Below are positions 49,264 through 61,029 of a stretch of DNA of 64,000 bases, piece after piece. A program made the translations under genes and the position numbers. Numbering within the stretch: position 1 is the first letter of the stretch; every line of letters begins with the position of its first letter. The DNA comes from Takakia lepidozioides. Taxonomy: Eukaryota > Plantae > Bryophyta. The stretch covers positions 58,404,001 to 58,468,000 of the forward strand of contig CM060733.1 of NCBI GenBank assembly GCA_030704615.1, in the 5' to 3' direction. The notes beneath the pieces were generated by a model, which saw only the letters and a list, made by a program, of their open reading frames with translations, was not told the origin of the DNA and searched no databases.

Positions 49264-51135
49264 ATCTGGATCTAAGATTGCAATCCATATGAAGCCACAA
49301 TTTTTTCCCAAAAAAACAGTAGAGTTTCAAGTATGACATTTCACCTGTACACAACTCGCATCATGGCCCACTCTCCTCCAACCTGACTGTCAAAGTCGTT
49401 GGACCGTAAAATGTTACCATCTTTGGAGAACTCCCGGAAAAAACAGTATCTCCAGGTGAGACCTCTCCACTTCCTTATGTATGCCTCCAATGACATTTGG
49501 GGAGGGGAAACAATCGCAATGTTCAGGTCCTTCAAAGTCTGATCCAGCACAATGACGGCGCGCTTTTCGAGCTGCAAATAAATATTTGTCAGAATTGCAA
49601 AAAAGAAACACATCACATACTTGAAGAGAAGAAACAGCATGTTCGAATACACACACTGACTCCAAAATGTAGCCTTGTGGAGCCAGTTATCAAACACCAA
49701 ATCACTGATTCCTTCCACCTTTGTGCCAGGCTGTATGGTGCTCTTTGGGAACTGATTCAAGTCCTTTACTGTTTGATCTGAGTTCCATATCTCCAGCCAC
49801 CTTATTTTTGTTTGTGGGTCGACCATCGATATGGCCAGCCGGTGCAATTTCTCCTGCTGCATCTCCGGATGCACATGCTTGTCATAGTGTGTTTTGATCT
49901 GCTGAAGGAACTCAGGACCAAGTCCAGGATCTACTATTCTAAGCTGCTTTCCGAAGGCTGACATCAATTTGGTTCTTCGCATCTCAAACTCCTTCTTTAT
50001 TGCAGCTTCCACACCCTTTGATGTCCTTAGTTCCTCTGGTGTAGTGCGGTAATATTCGGATTTTCCCTTCTCAGCTGCCTCTGCCAGTTCTTGCTGCATT
50101 CATTCAAGTAGTGATTAGCTCCGAAGGGACTCTAAACATGTATTCGAAAAGTAAACAGATTACAGACTCGGGCTTACCGCATACATGTACTCCAGAAACG
50201 CCTCTCGTGTCAAAGAATACCAAGTGCCTGCAGCTCTTCCTGTTTCGCACTTCTTGATGATATTGGGTGGTAGTACTGTCCGAAAATCATCCAGCTTCAT
50301 CAGACCAATCCTCTGAATTCGGAATAGTGTGTGAACCAAGCTTGTTGTCACATGCGATTTCTCTGTCGATCTGCAAAAACATTGAAAACATTGCATTCCT
50401 TAACACTGTTTTTTGAGGATCAACAAGACACTACAGAGGGAATCAAATCTCCTGGATGACTTACTTGTTCACGTCGTGCATAGCTGTAAGAAGCCTAGCG
50501 ATGTCGTTTCCTGGATCCAAAACCATTGCCTCCACAGCAACATGCTTGTCTTTGTCTTTCGAATGGTGTTTCTGAATGTATCCCATCCATGCCAGCAATC
50601 GGTGGTTGCCGTCCCAGACGTAGAACATGTGGTTGCAAAATTGCTGGGTGTTCTTTCCCATCATGAGGCCCAGCTCGAACTCCTCATTGGCATCTTTCCA
50701 GCACTCATCCCAGTTATCACTGATCTCTGGAGAAACTAATGTGCTTTTCCCATTTATATCCGTCAGTGACACATAAAAAACTTGTGCACCAAGTCTATAT
50801 CCATGCACAAAATCACTCTCCAATTTTGTTATGTCATGGGAAAGAGGTGGACGCACAACAGGCATTGATATCATCCGGCACAGAGGTATGTCCAGACGCC
50901 CTCCAGATACGAGCATGTCCCTTATAACCTCCTGAGAGTTTACCTTCTGGAATGACATGAGTTCTTTCACCTTGTCAAGGTAGTGCACTTCGGATTCATC
51001 TGCTTCATCTGTATTCTCTGAGCTTTTTGCGGACTCGTCCCCATCTCCAGATCCTTTCCCCTCTGATCCTGTAGGCTTCGACCTCACAGTTTTCTGCACG
51101 ATGCCATTCAGTTCTGACTAAGTGATTTGCAAATA

Positions 51136-51456
51136 GTGAATGGCGGTAACGACAATCACTCTGTATCAAGGAAACTCACCATGAATGGTGTGAAAGAATT
51201 CAGCACAATCTACACATGCAAAGCCGAGACTGCCGTATTCAAAACAAAAGCGAGAGCGATAGCGAACGGCGTTAACGACAATCACAAAAGATAACAACCT
51301 GCCGGATCGGTGTTGTGTAATGACATATATGTGCAACTGATTGGCGGCAACGACATTCAGTGTAGTTTAGGGAGAATAGTAAGTGCAGACTCTCTCTTCA
51401 AACACATAGGTACATAAATCTCATGAGCAGAATCGAATGGCGTTAACGACGCTCGC
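51136..51456. repeat. Four degenerate copies of the paralog-2 palindrome in intron 1
   Basis: GTGAATGGCG-GTAA-CGACAATCAC (51136), GCGAACGGCG-TTAA-CGACAATCAC (51262), CTGATTGGCG-GCAA-CGACATTCAG (51337), CGAATGGCG-TTAA-CGACGCTCG (51434). Confidence 0.85.
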
Positions 51457-52688
51457 GATTCAGTAGTTCCTGCTAAAGAATGGAAGAGGAAGGACTCCTT
51501 GAAAGGCAATCACACATAGCTATATGATAAAACTTACTGGCACCTTCTTAGGTTTTGAACTTTGATCCCCTTCTGCAGCTTTCCTCTTCCCTCTCACATC
51601 TGCTGGAGTTTCTGTCTGCGCAAGGGTTTCTTGACCTTCTTCAGGTTCGGCGTTCCGCGTGCTTCCACCTTCTTCAGTGTCCCTGCGATTCATCTCTGCC
51701 TCCACAGGCTGGCGCACTCTTATCGCCGACTGTGTCGCAGCCGCTGCCTCAGTCTCCGTCTGCTCTTGTGAATCAGTCTCCGCGTTCACCTGCTGCCTTG
51801 GCCCTGTGTTCTCCAACAAACGACGCCTCGTCATTTTCTCTCTTGCTCTGCGTCTCTCTCTAAGGGAAGTAAAATAAAGAGACTTTCTTCTCTTTCGTAT
51901 TCTAGAAGGAACCCTCTCCAGCTTGACTACCACTCTCCCTCTAAGCGCGAAAAGTAGAAAAACGCAGTGACTCCCGATTTCTTGCGGGATTGCCTGTGTT
52001 CTTGCGTGTCTCTAGAAGCATCGGATTCCCTCCCGCGTGACCGTTACACATAGTCGTTTCGATATTAGTGCACATGCCAGCAATTGGTGTACAGCTGTTC
52101 GTATTCAGTTATGGATGTCTGACGTGTGCCGCCCAAAACAAAACGGCGTGTTCTAATTATAACTGGTTCAATATTTAAAAAGAACAGCGAATCCCAGAAA
52201 TTGATGCGCAGTCTTAAACAAATAAATATAAATGAACGAGAGTTTGATGACAAATTTTGGAATATCATACACGGTCATCCTTGTTATCCAAACCCCACAT
52301 TCGTTGCACATTTGGAACTTTCCAGGTGCGCATGATCATTGGTAGTAGTATATAGATACATTTACTTAATCTGCAATCCCATTCTCGGATCCTGTGGCAT
52401 GCTTCCAGGAAGTCGGCTTTGTTATTGGGTTTATTGATGAGGTTCTGATTAACGGTTTAACAGTTGCCGACACTGCCCCTATGGATTCTCTGACCACTGG
52501 GCCCACAAGAAAAGTAATTAAAATGGACGGCTGCATATCTGGAATGAATAACAGAATATGCACAGTCGTTATCTGAGCTTCCTCCGCCATATGCTCTGCT
52601 CATTCTTCAACTGTGTTCTGGAGACAGCAGTAAACCGATTTACACTAGATCTGCGATAGCAAGGTACAAACATACTCGAGGAAGGAAG

Positions 52689-55600
52689 ATGGCTTCCTCT
52701 GAAGCGGAGTTCTTCTCAGACGACAAACCAGTGCCGTTCTCCCAGGAAGTCCTTGACAATGGATTTGCAATTGTTCTGGAACATGTCTTGGCTACCCGTT
52801 TTCAGCTGCAGAATGGCTCCATCTTTTTGGAGAAAGAGGTTTACGATCTGAAAGGGAAGTTGGTGAAATATTCTTTCCAAAACCGTGATGAGACGGCTCA
52901 TATCAGCCAGTGGAGAGTGCGTCCTGGTCGATACAGAGTACTTGGAGAGCCTCGGCGAAAGTCCCTTGGGTCATATGTGACGCCCGGGACTGCTGCTGTC
53001 GGTCGTTGAAGACAAGAGGGAGGTGGTGGTGAAAAAAGAACAGACTTCCTCCACTCCAATCGTTGAGCTTTCGGATTCTTCCGATGATGACATAAGTGAA
53101 ATTCCAAATCCAGTCCTTCCTACTGTGGTTGCAGAAGCTGATGAAGAAGAGATTTGTAGTGTCATTCCAAAATTGCGGGCGATGGGAGGAATGGCTGGAT
53201 TCAAAAGTGAGTTGCGGGGAATTGATTGGGAATCTTTGAAGCAGGTGCCTGTGAAGTTCTTGCCGGAGACTTTTGATGGCGATATCCTATTCGAGCTGCC
53301 TCCTCCTCCGCGAGTTGGAGGTGTAACAATCATGATGCATGGAATGGACAAGAAACACGACGGGCACCCGTGGTGCAGAACAAAAACATCCAATATTCAG
53401 AATGATGACAAGCTTGTTTTCAGGAGGACAGTTTGCAATGGACACCTTAGGTGTGATAATTTGAATTGCAGACACTTTCTTCAGTCTGGAGTTCATAATC
53501 AAAGCGAATGGGAGGGTCTGGCGGAGAATCCATTTCAGCCTGGGACTGCCCCTCCACCGGCAAACACTTTCGTCTGCAAATTCTGCAAACTTGTGCCATC
53601 CTGCTTGGCGCTCTGCGGAGCAAGAATGTACTATGTTGTCCACCGTTTGAATACAATGACGAGAGCTTGTGTGCATTTTGGATTCCATAACCATCCTGTC
53701 TCGAAGGGGGATTACAGGGAGAGTGTTGAGACAGTATCGAGGTTGATCAAACAGGAGTTCGGGAGAAACCCATCCGCAACAACATCTGCAATTGCTCTTG
53801 GCGCAAGCAAGTCCTTCTTGGAAAGCCATATTTTGAGTGAAGGAGATTCTGTGGGGACTAAACTTGACGGTGCAGCATTGGACCTGGTCATGGATCATTT
53901 CTCCACTTTAAGTTCACCTAACATTCGGCATCAGATCAATGCATTGAGAATGGGCTCTGGGATCAGAGGCTACATAGACAATATTTTGGAATTGAAACGA
54001 CTGAGCAAGTACGATTACATCCAGGACAATGTATTCCCAGGTCAAGGTGCCATCAAAGTTTTTCTTTTCAAAATGTCGACTGTTGGGGAGGGCAGTGGGG
54101 TTAGCCTCGTGAAGCGGATGCAGAAGACTGGGGACTTGCAGAACTGTTTTCTTATGTTTGATCATGTGAAACGAGTGAAGGATTGGACGACAATGGCTTG
54201 TCATGTCTACGATCCAGTGTACCAACGAGTTATGACAATTGCAGTTTGTGACATGCAATCCGAGGATACGGAATCCCAGAAGCTCATGTGGAATTCCCTG
54301 ATACGTGTCATGGGCTGCCATGGGCTGCCATCTCCAAATTTCGCAGGTTTCATGGCGGATAGTGCTCAAGCAAATTTCAATGCTATTCGTATTGTCTTCG
54401 GATCGGGCGACCCAAAAGTGCCTATGCCAGGAAGAGAGCGTACATGTCTATTCCATTGGACACAATCTCTGGAAAAACATACAAAGTCGGACATCAAACC
54501 AGAGATGCAGACTCAGCACCGTAAATTGTGCAAAGAGTACAAAGATGCTAGAACAATGAAGGAGGCGGACACTTTGTTCCAGACAATTCGTGCCTGGTGG
54601 TTCTCTTCTGGAGCTGCATCACTTGAGAGTATGAGAGCATTGGAAGATTGGCTGGCGTTTTGGCACTTCCGGTATAGACAGTGGGGAGCAGCCATGACAA
54701 TGGTACGAGGCTTCTATTTCATGCTTTATTCATACATTTGCTTTCCATATTTTTGACTCATTGCTTTCTTTATGTTGTTTCCTGTGCACTATTCTGAAGT
54801 GTGGTTATCCTCTTTGCAGAACATGTCCATTGAGGAAATGGCAGACATGCCATCTTGCAATTTGGCAGAAACTGTGCACAATGCATGGTTGCAGCAGTCT
54901 GGGAAAAGAGGTCGGGATTTGTATGTGGCAACAACAGATGATTTGATACGTGCCTTGCAACAACAAACCCGATACCGTGATTTCTTACGAGGTGGGGTTG
55001 GTGGCAAGGGTCCGGACAAATCGGAGTTGATGTTGCGTGCTGCAAACAGATCTGGGGATCCAATCAAGATAGCACGGGCGGTGAGCATGTATGCCCAGGG
55101 AACGCCACTTGTTTCTAGAGTTCCACATCTTGAAGGGGAGGAGAGATTCGGCTCCTGTAAGAGGAAATTGAACACTCCACCTGGTTCGGATTCAGATTCC
55201 CACAGGGCAGACCGTGATAACTTCTCGAAGCCTCGTGTTCCCCTGCATGACAGCTCCGTGTCCGGAACCTCCATTGTGGAGGAACCTCCAACACGACGGC
55301 AAGCTCCAGCATCAAACCGTGCCACTGAAATGGTGCAGGAGAGAAACAACCCCCTTGATGTGCTTGAGTCCGCATGCCCCGACCACGTTTGGCACATAGA
55401 ACGCACAAGTGTCGGGTCTCGTGTGAAATGTACAGCGATCAGGGCAACTAATTTCGAGAAGTGCACTTCATCTATATCCAGAGGTGGTGCCCGAACTCCT
55501 GCTCCGACTTTCACGGGCTTGATGCGTCCATACGGTCAACCAGAAGCCAAGAACCACAAGTTCTGGTTCTGCGCAGATGATTGTGCCAGATGTGTGCATG

Positions 55601-56200
55601 GAACTGTGCGTCCTTCCGTAGTGATGAAGCCATCTCCTCCAACCGTTTGGCCCGTGAAGGTGGGAACACATCTCAGCTTTCAGGAGATTGAAATGCTGGA
55701 GGAGGCAGGTTTTTCCCTTGCGAGACAACCCCAACTCCATGCATGTGCTACTACTCCTGCGTCCTCCCGGGTCCCCCGGCAAATCCTGACTTGTGGCCAA
55801 CCAAACGAGATGGAAAGCTCGTTCGGCGTTTCCCTCCAACCGCTGAACACTTTGGCAAAGTGGAGTCCGCAAGAATGCTCCAAGCTCGTGTCGGAAGCAC
55901 CACGGAAGTACCCGAGGATATGGTCGGGTATTCACAATCATCACTTCCACATCTGCTGTTCATGACAGGACCTACGACATCACGGTTTCCAATTTCCCCA
56001 ATTGCACATGTCCTGATTTTGTGAATATGCTATCAACCAGTTTGGGCAAGAGAGGTAAATTCATACCCTGCAAACATTTGTATTTCATATTTTTGAGGAG
56101 GATGGTTTGCGATCCCAAACGTGACAACTTCATTCACCAGGCCACTATGAGTTTCAACGAGGTCGATACTCTTTTGCAGCGGGATACAACACATGGGTAG
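52689..56200 (+). pseudogene. Mutator/MULE-type DDE transposase with N-terminal Cys/His zinc domain (GCM/WRKY-like) and C-terminal SWIM finger
   Basis: CNGHLRC..C...CKFC...CGARMYYV...HNHP; DDE core LMFDHVKR / FMADSAQANFNAIRIVF / CLFHW / NLAETVHNAW; SWIM CTCPDF...CKHL. One intron at 54703-54819. Frameshifts near 53000, 55740 and 55915-55960 (decay or assembly error). Confidence 0.87.
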
Positions 56201-56832
56201 CATGAACTATGTAATGTGGTATGTGGATGACCATGATTTGAAATGTGTAATTCACATCAATTCGTCGGCTGTGCAATGATATGGCCTCCAACTATACGGA
56301 GTGAGGTCTGAGTGACAACTTTTAGGTAGTGCACATTTGTCATTGCACCGTTCGAAGTCTACATGTCTTGCTGTCGCTATGCACTACAATCATCTTTTGA
56401 AGATTCATATTTGGGAGGGAAGAAGTCTTCTCGTGGCAGCCCTTTATGGCGCACACTTTGTGAGGATATTTTGTCGTCTTCGTAATTGTAAAAGTGAAAC
56501 AAACATTTGTAATTGCACAATGTTGGATGCTGCAATTGTAGGCCTCAACGCTCGTCTTGATTCTATTTAGGCAAGATTCCCTGCATTAATTCCACGGTCA
56601 TAGGACCATCCACGGTTATAGGCGGCGCATGTTAATGCTGACGTGGCAGTTGACGGACAGTGCCACGTCATCATTTACCGCCACATCAGCATGCTGACAT
56701 GACGCTCACGCCACGTCAGCATGTGTGCAGGCTCACGCCACGTCAGCTGGCGTGAGCGTACGCTCACGCCACGTCACTCCTGCGTGAGCGTACGCTCGCG
56801 CGCTCACGTGCAACGCTCACGCCATTGCGTCG

Positions 56833-59800
56833 TTGTTTTCAACGAGGCCATCGCAAGGTGGAATCTGAGTGCCATGACGGACATGCTTGCTGCGAGTCCT
56901 CCCCGCATAACAGGTAGCACACAAGACACGGGAGGACTGAAAACAAGTCCAATATGTTTGATAGCCCAGGAGGGCAGTGGGAGCACGCTGACTCCTACAC
57001 ATGTCCACAAAATCCCATTTTTAACCAATGATGCCATTGGCACAAGTCCACGAAGAGGATGTCTCCCATGTGCACTTTTGCTCAAGAACAGCGATTCTCG
57101 ATATTGAAACAACAATGCAAGCATGCACGGTTCAACTTACTCACAGGCAAAGTCGGAGTCCAGCTCCTTGTCAGAAGTCTCCTCTGTACCAGTATCAGCG
57201 GGACGGGGCTTCGGAGGGACCTGAGAAGTGTGTCCACCCAAACCCATCAGGAGGTTCTTGTAAATCTCAGCATCCCCTTCAATCCCAAAGACATGTCGCG
57301 CACACTGGCCTTGCAAGCGTGGTACGAAGCACCTGCAGTGGAATAGAATGAAGTAAGCAGACATTGAAGACACATTCGGAACGGTGGAAAGTGCTGAAAG
57401 TGCAAGCTCAATCAAACCTCATGAAATGTGAATGTTGAAGAGACGAACCTGTGCCCATCGACAAATCCAGAACTCTGGCGTCTGTGTAGGTGCAGCACTC
57501 CACAATCGTTTGAATGAAAGCCGGGCTCCTCTCCCTCGCCCCTCTCCAAGGAACCCCATTCCCCTTCGCAAGCACACGTTGCTGTCGACGTAGTTGTGAT
57601 GCATGTCATCCGTGGGGATCTGTCCTGTCATCTATGAACTTGCCCCCGTGAGTGATGGCAAACTCCGTAATGCCGGCCGGAGTCGTTGGTGGATGCACCC
57701 GGACGAGACAAACAGCTTCAAACAGACGAGTCTGCGAACATGACATCCACAAGGAACTAAGAACCAAAATAAAATCGGGCCCCTACATATGAGTTGGAGC
57801 GACCTATACAACACAATCCCAGAACAAAAAAGAAGAGGAAGAAGAAGGGAAACTCACCATCTCTCCCGGACGATCCCCCTTCGTAAGGTACATGCTGTTC
57901 ACACAAATTCCATGTCTTCACGACTCTCATGCCCGAGGCTTTCAAATAGCTGGCAAGGGCACGGCGACACCGAACATCGATGGACTGGATGAGAACCAAA
58001 ACACCCTGCATCGGAAAGGAAGAAGTTGCAAAAGGAAAAAACCCACCGCCAGTAGCGCTCATCAAATGCATTCCAACCCGGACAAGCACCCGATGGAGGG
58101 ATATCCGGACTGCCAACCCATCAAGGATGTCCAAGATGATGAGTTCCGCTGCATATGGCTTCTCCTTCCCGTTCACCCACGATTTGGTCATTTTAGCCTG
58201 CAAACAAAAATACAATGGAATTCTGACAAGTTTATAAACGATCCATGCCCACAGCAGACAAAGAGAGCAGAAGCCACAGAACCAAAGAGAACACGCACCG
58301 TGCTGAGGAACTCGACAATCCTCTCCCACACTGGTGATGGCTCGCCCTTGTAATCAGATTTCTTCGACTCCATCATTGCAAGGAACCCGACGTTGGCAAT
58401 CTCCAACCTGGTTGGACGAATGACCCTCGTGGGATGTTCCACTGCATGGTACGGGTCCTTGGGATCAACCACCCCCTTGTTTTTTCTCCCCGGATCCCCT
58501 ACCATGCGGTGGAGTCTGCTGGACATGCTCCACAGGGCCAATAGCTGCAACACTTCCCTGCCCTTGTGCCACCTTCCCTCTACCCCTTCCCTTCCCCACA
58601 ACACCAGCAACATCTTTTCCCTTTGCCTTTCTTCCTCTACCCGGGGTATCCTGAGCGGGAGGCTCCTTCTCTGCAAGAGTCCTCAGATTACGCTCATGAA
58701 TGTCGAGGTCCGCTGCTGCGGCAGTGGCTGCAATACGGTCATTCTCTCTCCTCAAAGACAACTCTACAGCTGGGGTCTCTGAAGGAGGGCAATCCAAATA
58801 CCAACCACAAGAAGAAAGATGGTCTGGACCCCAGTCATGCAAGATCCCAGCAGTGAACATGGTCTGGTTGCCAGCAGGGACAAGCCAAAGGTCCACGAAA
58901 TCTGGATGTTTGTCCAAGCAATTCTCTTCCAAGAGAACAAACTTAATGTACCTGCAGGAACAGACACAGCCTCATTTTCCAATGCACATATTGTGTCCCA
59001 GCTTTTTCAACACACCAGGAAGACCCCCTTAAACAGTATGCCACACAACACATTGCAACCACAACACAAGCAAAGAGTGCAAGGGTGTGCACCTGTAAAG
59101 GCATCGTTTCCAGGCTTCCTCTCCTTTTTCCTGCTGGTCAAGCTCATTTGTTCGACTGATGCCACCCTCCTTGCTGAACTCTCTAAAGAAACCAGAGTGC
59201 CACACTGTGGCTCTCCATTTTCTCATGTATGCTTCGAAGGAGACCTTCGGAGCTGTCATAGTGATGCCATAGTCAGCCAGCTGAGTATGCAGAACCGATC
59301 GGGCCCTTTCTTCCCAACTGCAAAAAAATTGAAATGGAAGAATGAACCCAAAAACAGTCACAGCGAATGTAAGAGGCAATGGGAAGAGAAGGACAGGAAA
59401 AGAGAAAAGAAAGTGAGATACGAGAGGACATCACACCTGGCTCCAGTAAGTGGCCTTGTGAAGCCAGGTGTCCAGCACATTGTCACTGACAGGAACGACA
59501 CGCTGGGTCTTCTTCTCCTTCTCTGGCCTTGGGAACATGTGGGTATCCCTAACTGTGGGATCGGAGTTCCATATCTGTAGCCACTTCACCTTCTGTTCAG
59601 AAGACACGACGGCGGTAGACAACCTGTGCAACTTCTCCTGGGCCATCTCCGGCTTGCCTGGCTTGTTATAATGGTTTTTTATCTCCAGGAGAAACTGCGG
59701 CCCGAATGATGGGTCGGCCATTCTCAACTGCTTCACAAAAGCACTCATTATTGTCCTTCTTGTAGCGTTCATCTCCTTCTGGATGTGACTTTCAACCCCC

Positions 59801-60871
59801 TTTGCTGTCCTTCTCTCCTCAGGGGTAGAGCTGTAGTATTCCAGTTTGCCACGCTCCCCTGCATCTGCAATGTCTTGCTGCAAGGGAATGCAAGAGAGTT
59901 GCATCAATCCAAGGTCAAGGGAGACAGACAGAAACAAACATGTGGAAGCAGGAATATGGAAAGGCCAGATGAAGGAAGATGTATCTCACCGTGTACATGT
60001 ACTCCATGAAAGCCTCACGGGTCAATGAGTACCATGTTTCCGAAGTCTTGGAGCTTTCGCATTTCTTATACATCTCTGCCGAAAGGATGGTCTTGAAGTT
60101 GGTCAAGGGCATCTGCCCGATCCTTTGTATCCTATACAGTGTGTGAATCCAGACTCGTTTTGACATGCGATGTCTCCGTCCCTCTGCAGAATGATATCTG
60201 AATTTCAGAATGTAATTCAAGGACTTGAATCAAGGAAGAACGGAACCAGAAGTGCAACATGTACAATGAGAAACCAACCTGTTCACATCATTCATTGCCG
60301 TCAGAAGACCCATCATGTTGTCGTCACAATCAAGCACCATCGATCGAACAGAGTAATGCCACTCTTCCTCCTGTGAGTGCAGCCTCCCAATGACAGCCAT
60401 CCATGCAAGCAACCGGTGGTTGCCATCCCAAACGTGAAACATCTTCCCGAGAAATACTTGGGTGGAAGGTTTCCTGGAGAGAAGAAGTTCGAAGGATTCG
60501 TTCACCTGTCTCCAAATGGGGTCCCAGGAGTCGACGATTGACTCATCCAAAAGGAGCTCGTTACCTCTAGAATCCCTAGTAGAAACGTAAAAGACTGCGG
60601 ATCCATCCAAATACCCATGAACAAACTCGGCCTCCAGCTTGAGAATGTCTTTGACAAGGGGTGGACGAACGACGGGCATGGAAACCAACCTACACAGGGG
60701 AATCTTCACCTCCACCAGGAGCAAGCATACTTTGAACCACAAGCTGAGAGTTCACCTTTTGACCCCCCAACATCTCAGCGGCTTTGCTTTCATAAAACTC
60801 ATCGTCAACATCAACTATGGTCTCCTTCCCTGACCCTGAGGGACCTCATCCGCCACACTTTGCATTTTCTC
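56833..60871 (-). pseudogene. ParB/Srx-like + amino-DNA-methyltransferase-like fusion gene, paralog 3 (exon 1 is not in the window)
   Basis: Exons from 60871-60279 (FHVWDGNHRLLAW), then 60183-59990, 59877-59437 and later ones with LIILDILDG (~58130), DLSMGTG (~57450) and ASYHACKASVR..FGIEGD (~57300). Several frameshifts; the last exon is split by element B. Confidence 0.85.
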
Positions 60872-61029
60872 CTGCAAGGTTGTTCACTCAAATTCTTATA
60901 AGAGAGGAATGAAACGTCGACCGATGCATGAAAAAGTGGGATAAAAAGGTAAGTGTTCTTTGAGCTGCCAAGTAAGTGTTCATTGATCCTCACGGACCTG
61001 CACTATGTTCCCGATTTTCACAGGGAAAG

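Larger units (their letters stand above)
46146..51834 (-). pseudogene. ParB/Srx-like + amino-DNA-methyltransferase-like fusion gene, paralog 2 (near-intact)
   Basis: Approximate exons: 51834-51538, 51093-50465 (FYVWDGNHRLLAW), 50370-50178, 50093-~49657, 49571-49346, 48393-47742, 47628-47290 (IVILDIPDG), 47094-~46809 (KEKSPAFMQILLESCSHRSARVVDLSVSTG), ~46715-46525 (GATYHACKAGGRS; frameshift ~46672), ~46450-46146. Confidence 0.85.
45490..56832. mobile_element. MULE-family element B, ~11.3 kb, two divergent genes (ParB-MTase and transposase)
   Basis: Ends GGGATGCCTCGGCGTGAGC and GCTCACGCCATTGCGTCG form imperfect TIRs with dense GCGTGAGC/CCACGTCA subterminal repeats. The element interrupts the last exon of paralog 3. 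Confidence 0.88.

Noticed and set aside
45490-56832. Helitron identity for element B (A|T insertion, no TSD)
   Set aside because: The ends are not TC...CTRR, there is no Rep/helicase, and the encoded enzyme has MULE DDE and SWIM motifs.
53287-59580. Long antisense ORFs (53287-53898, 54789-55514, 58819-59580)
   Set aside because: They are shadows of the transposase and ParB-MTase coding strands with no independent motifs.
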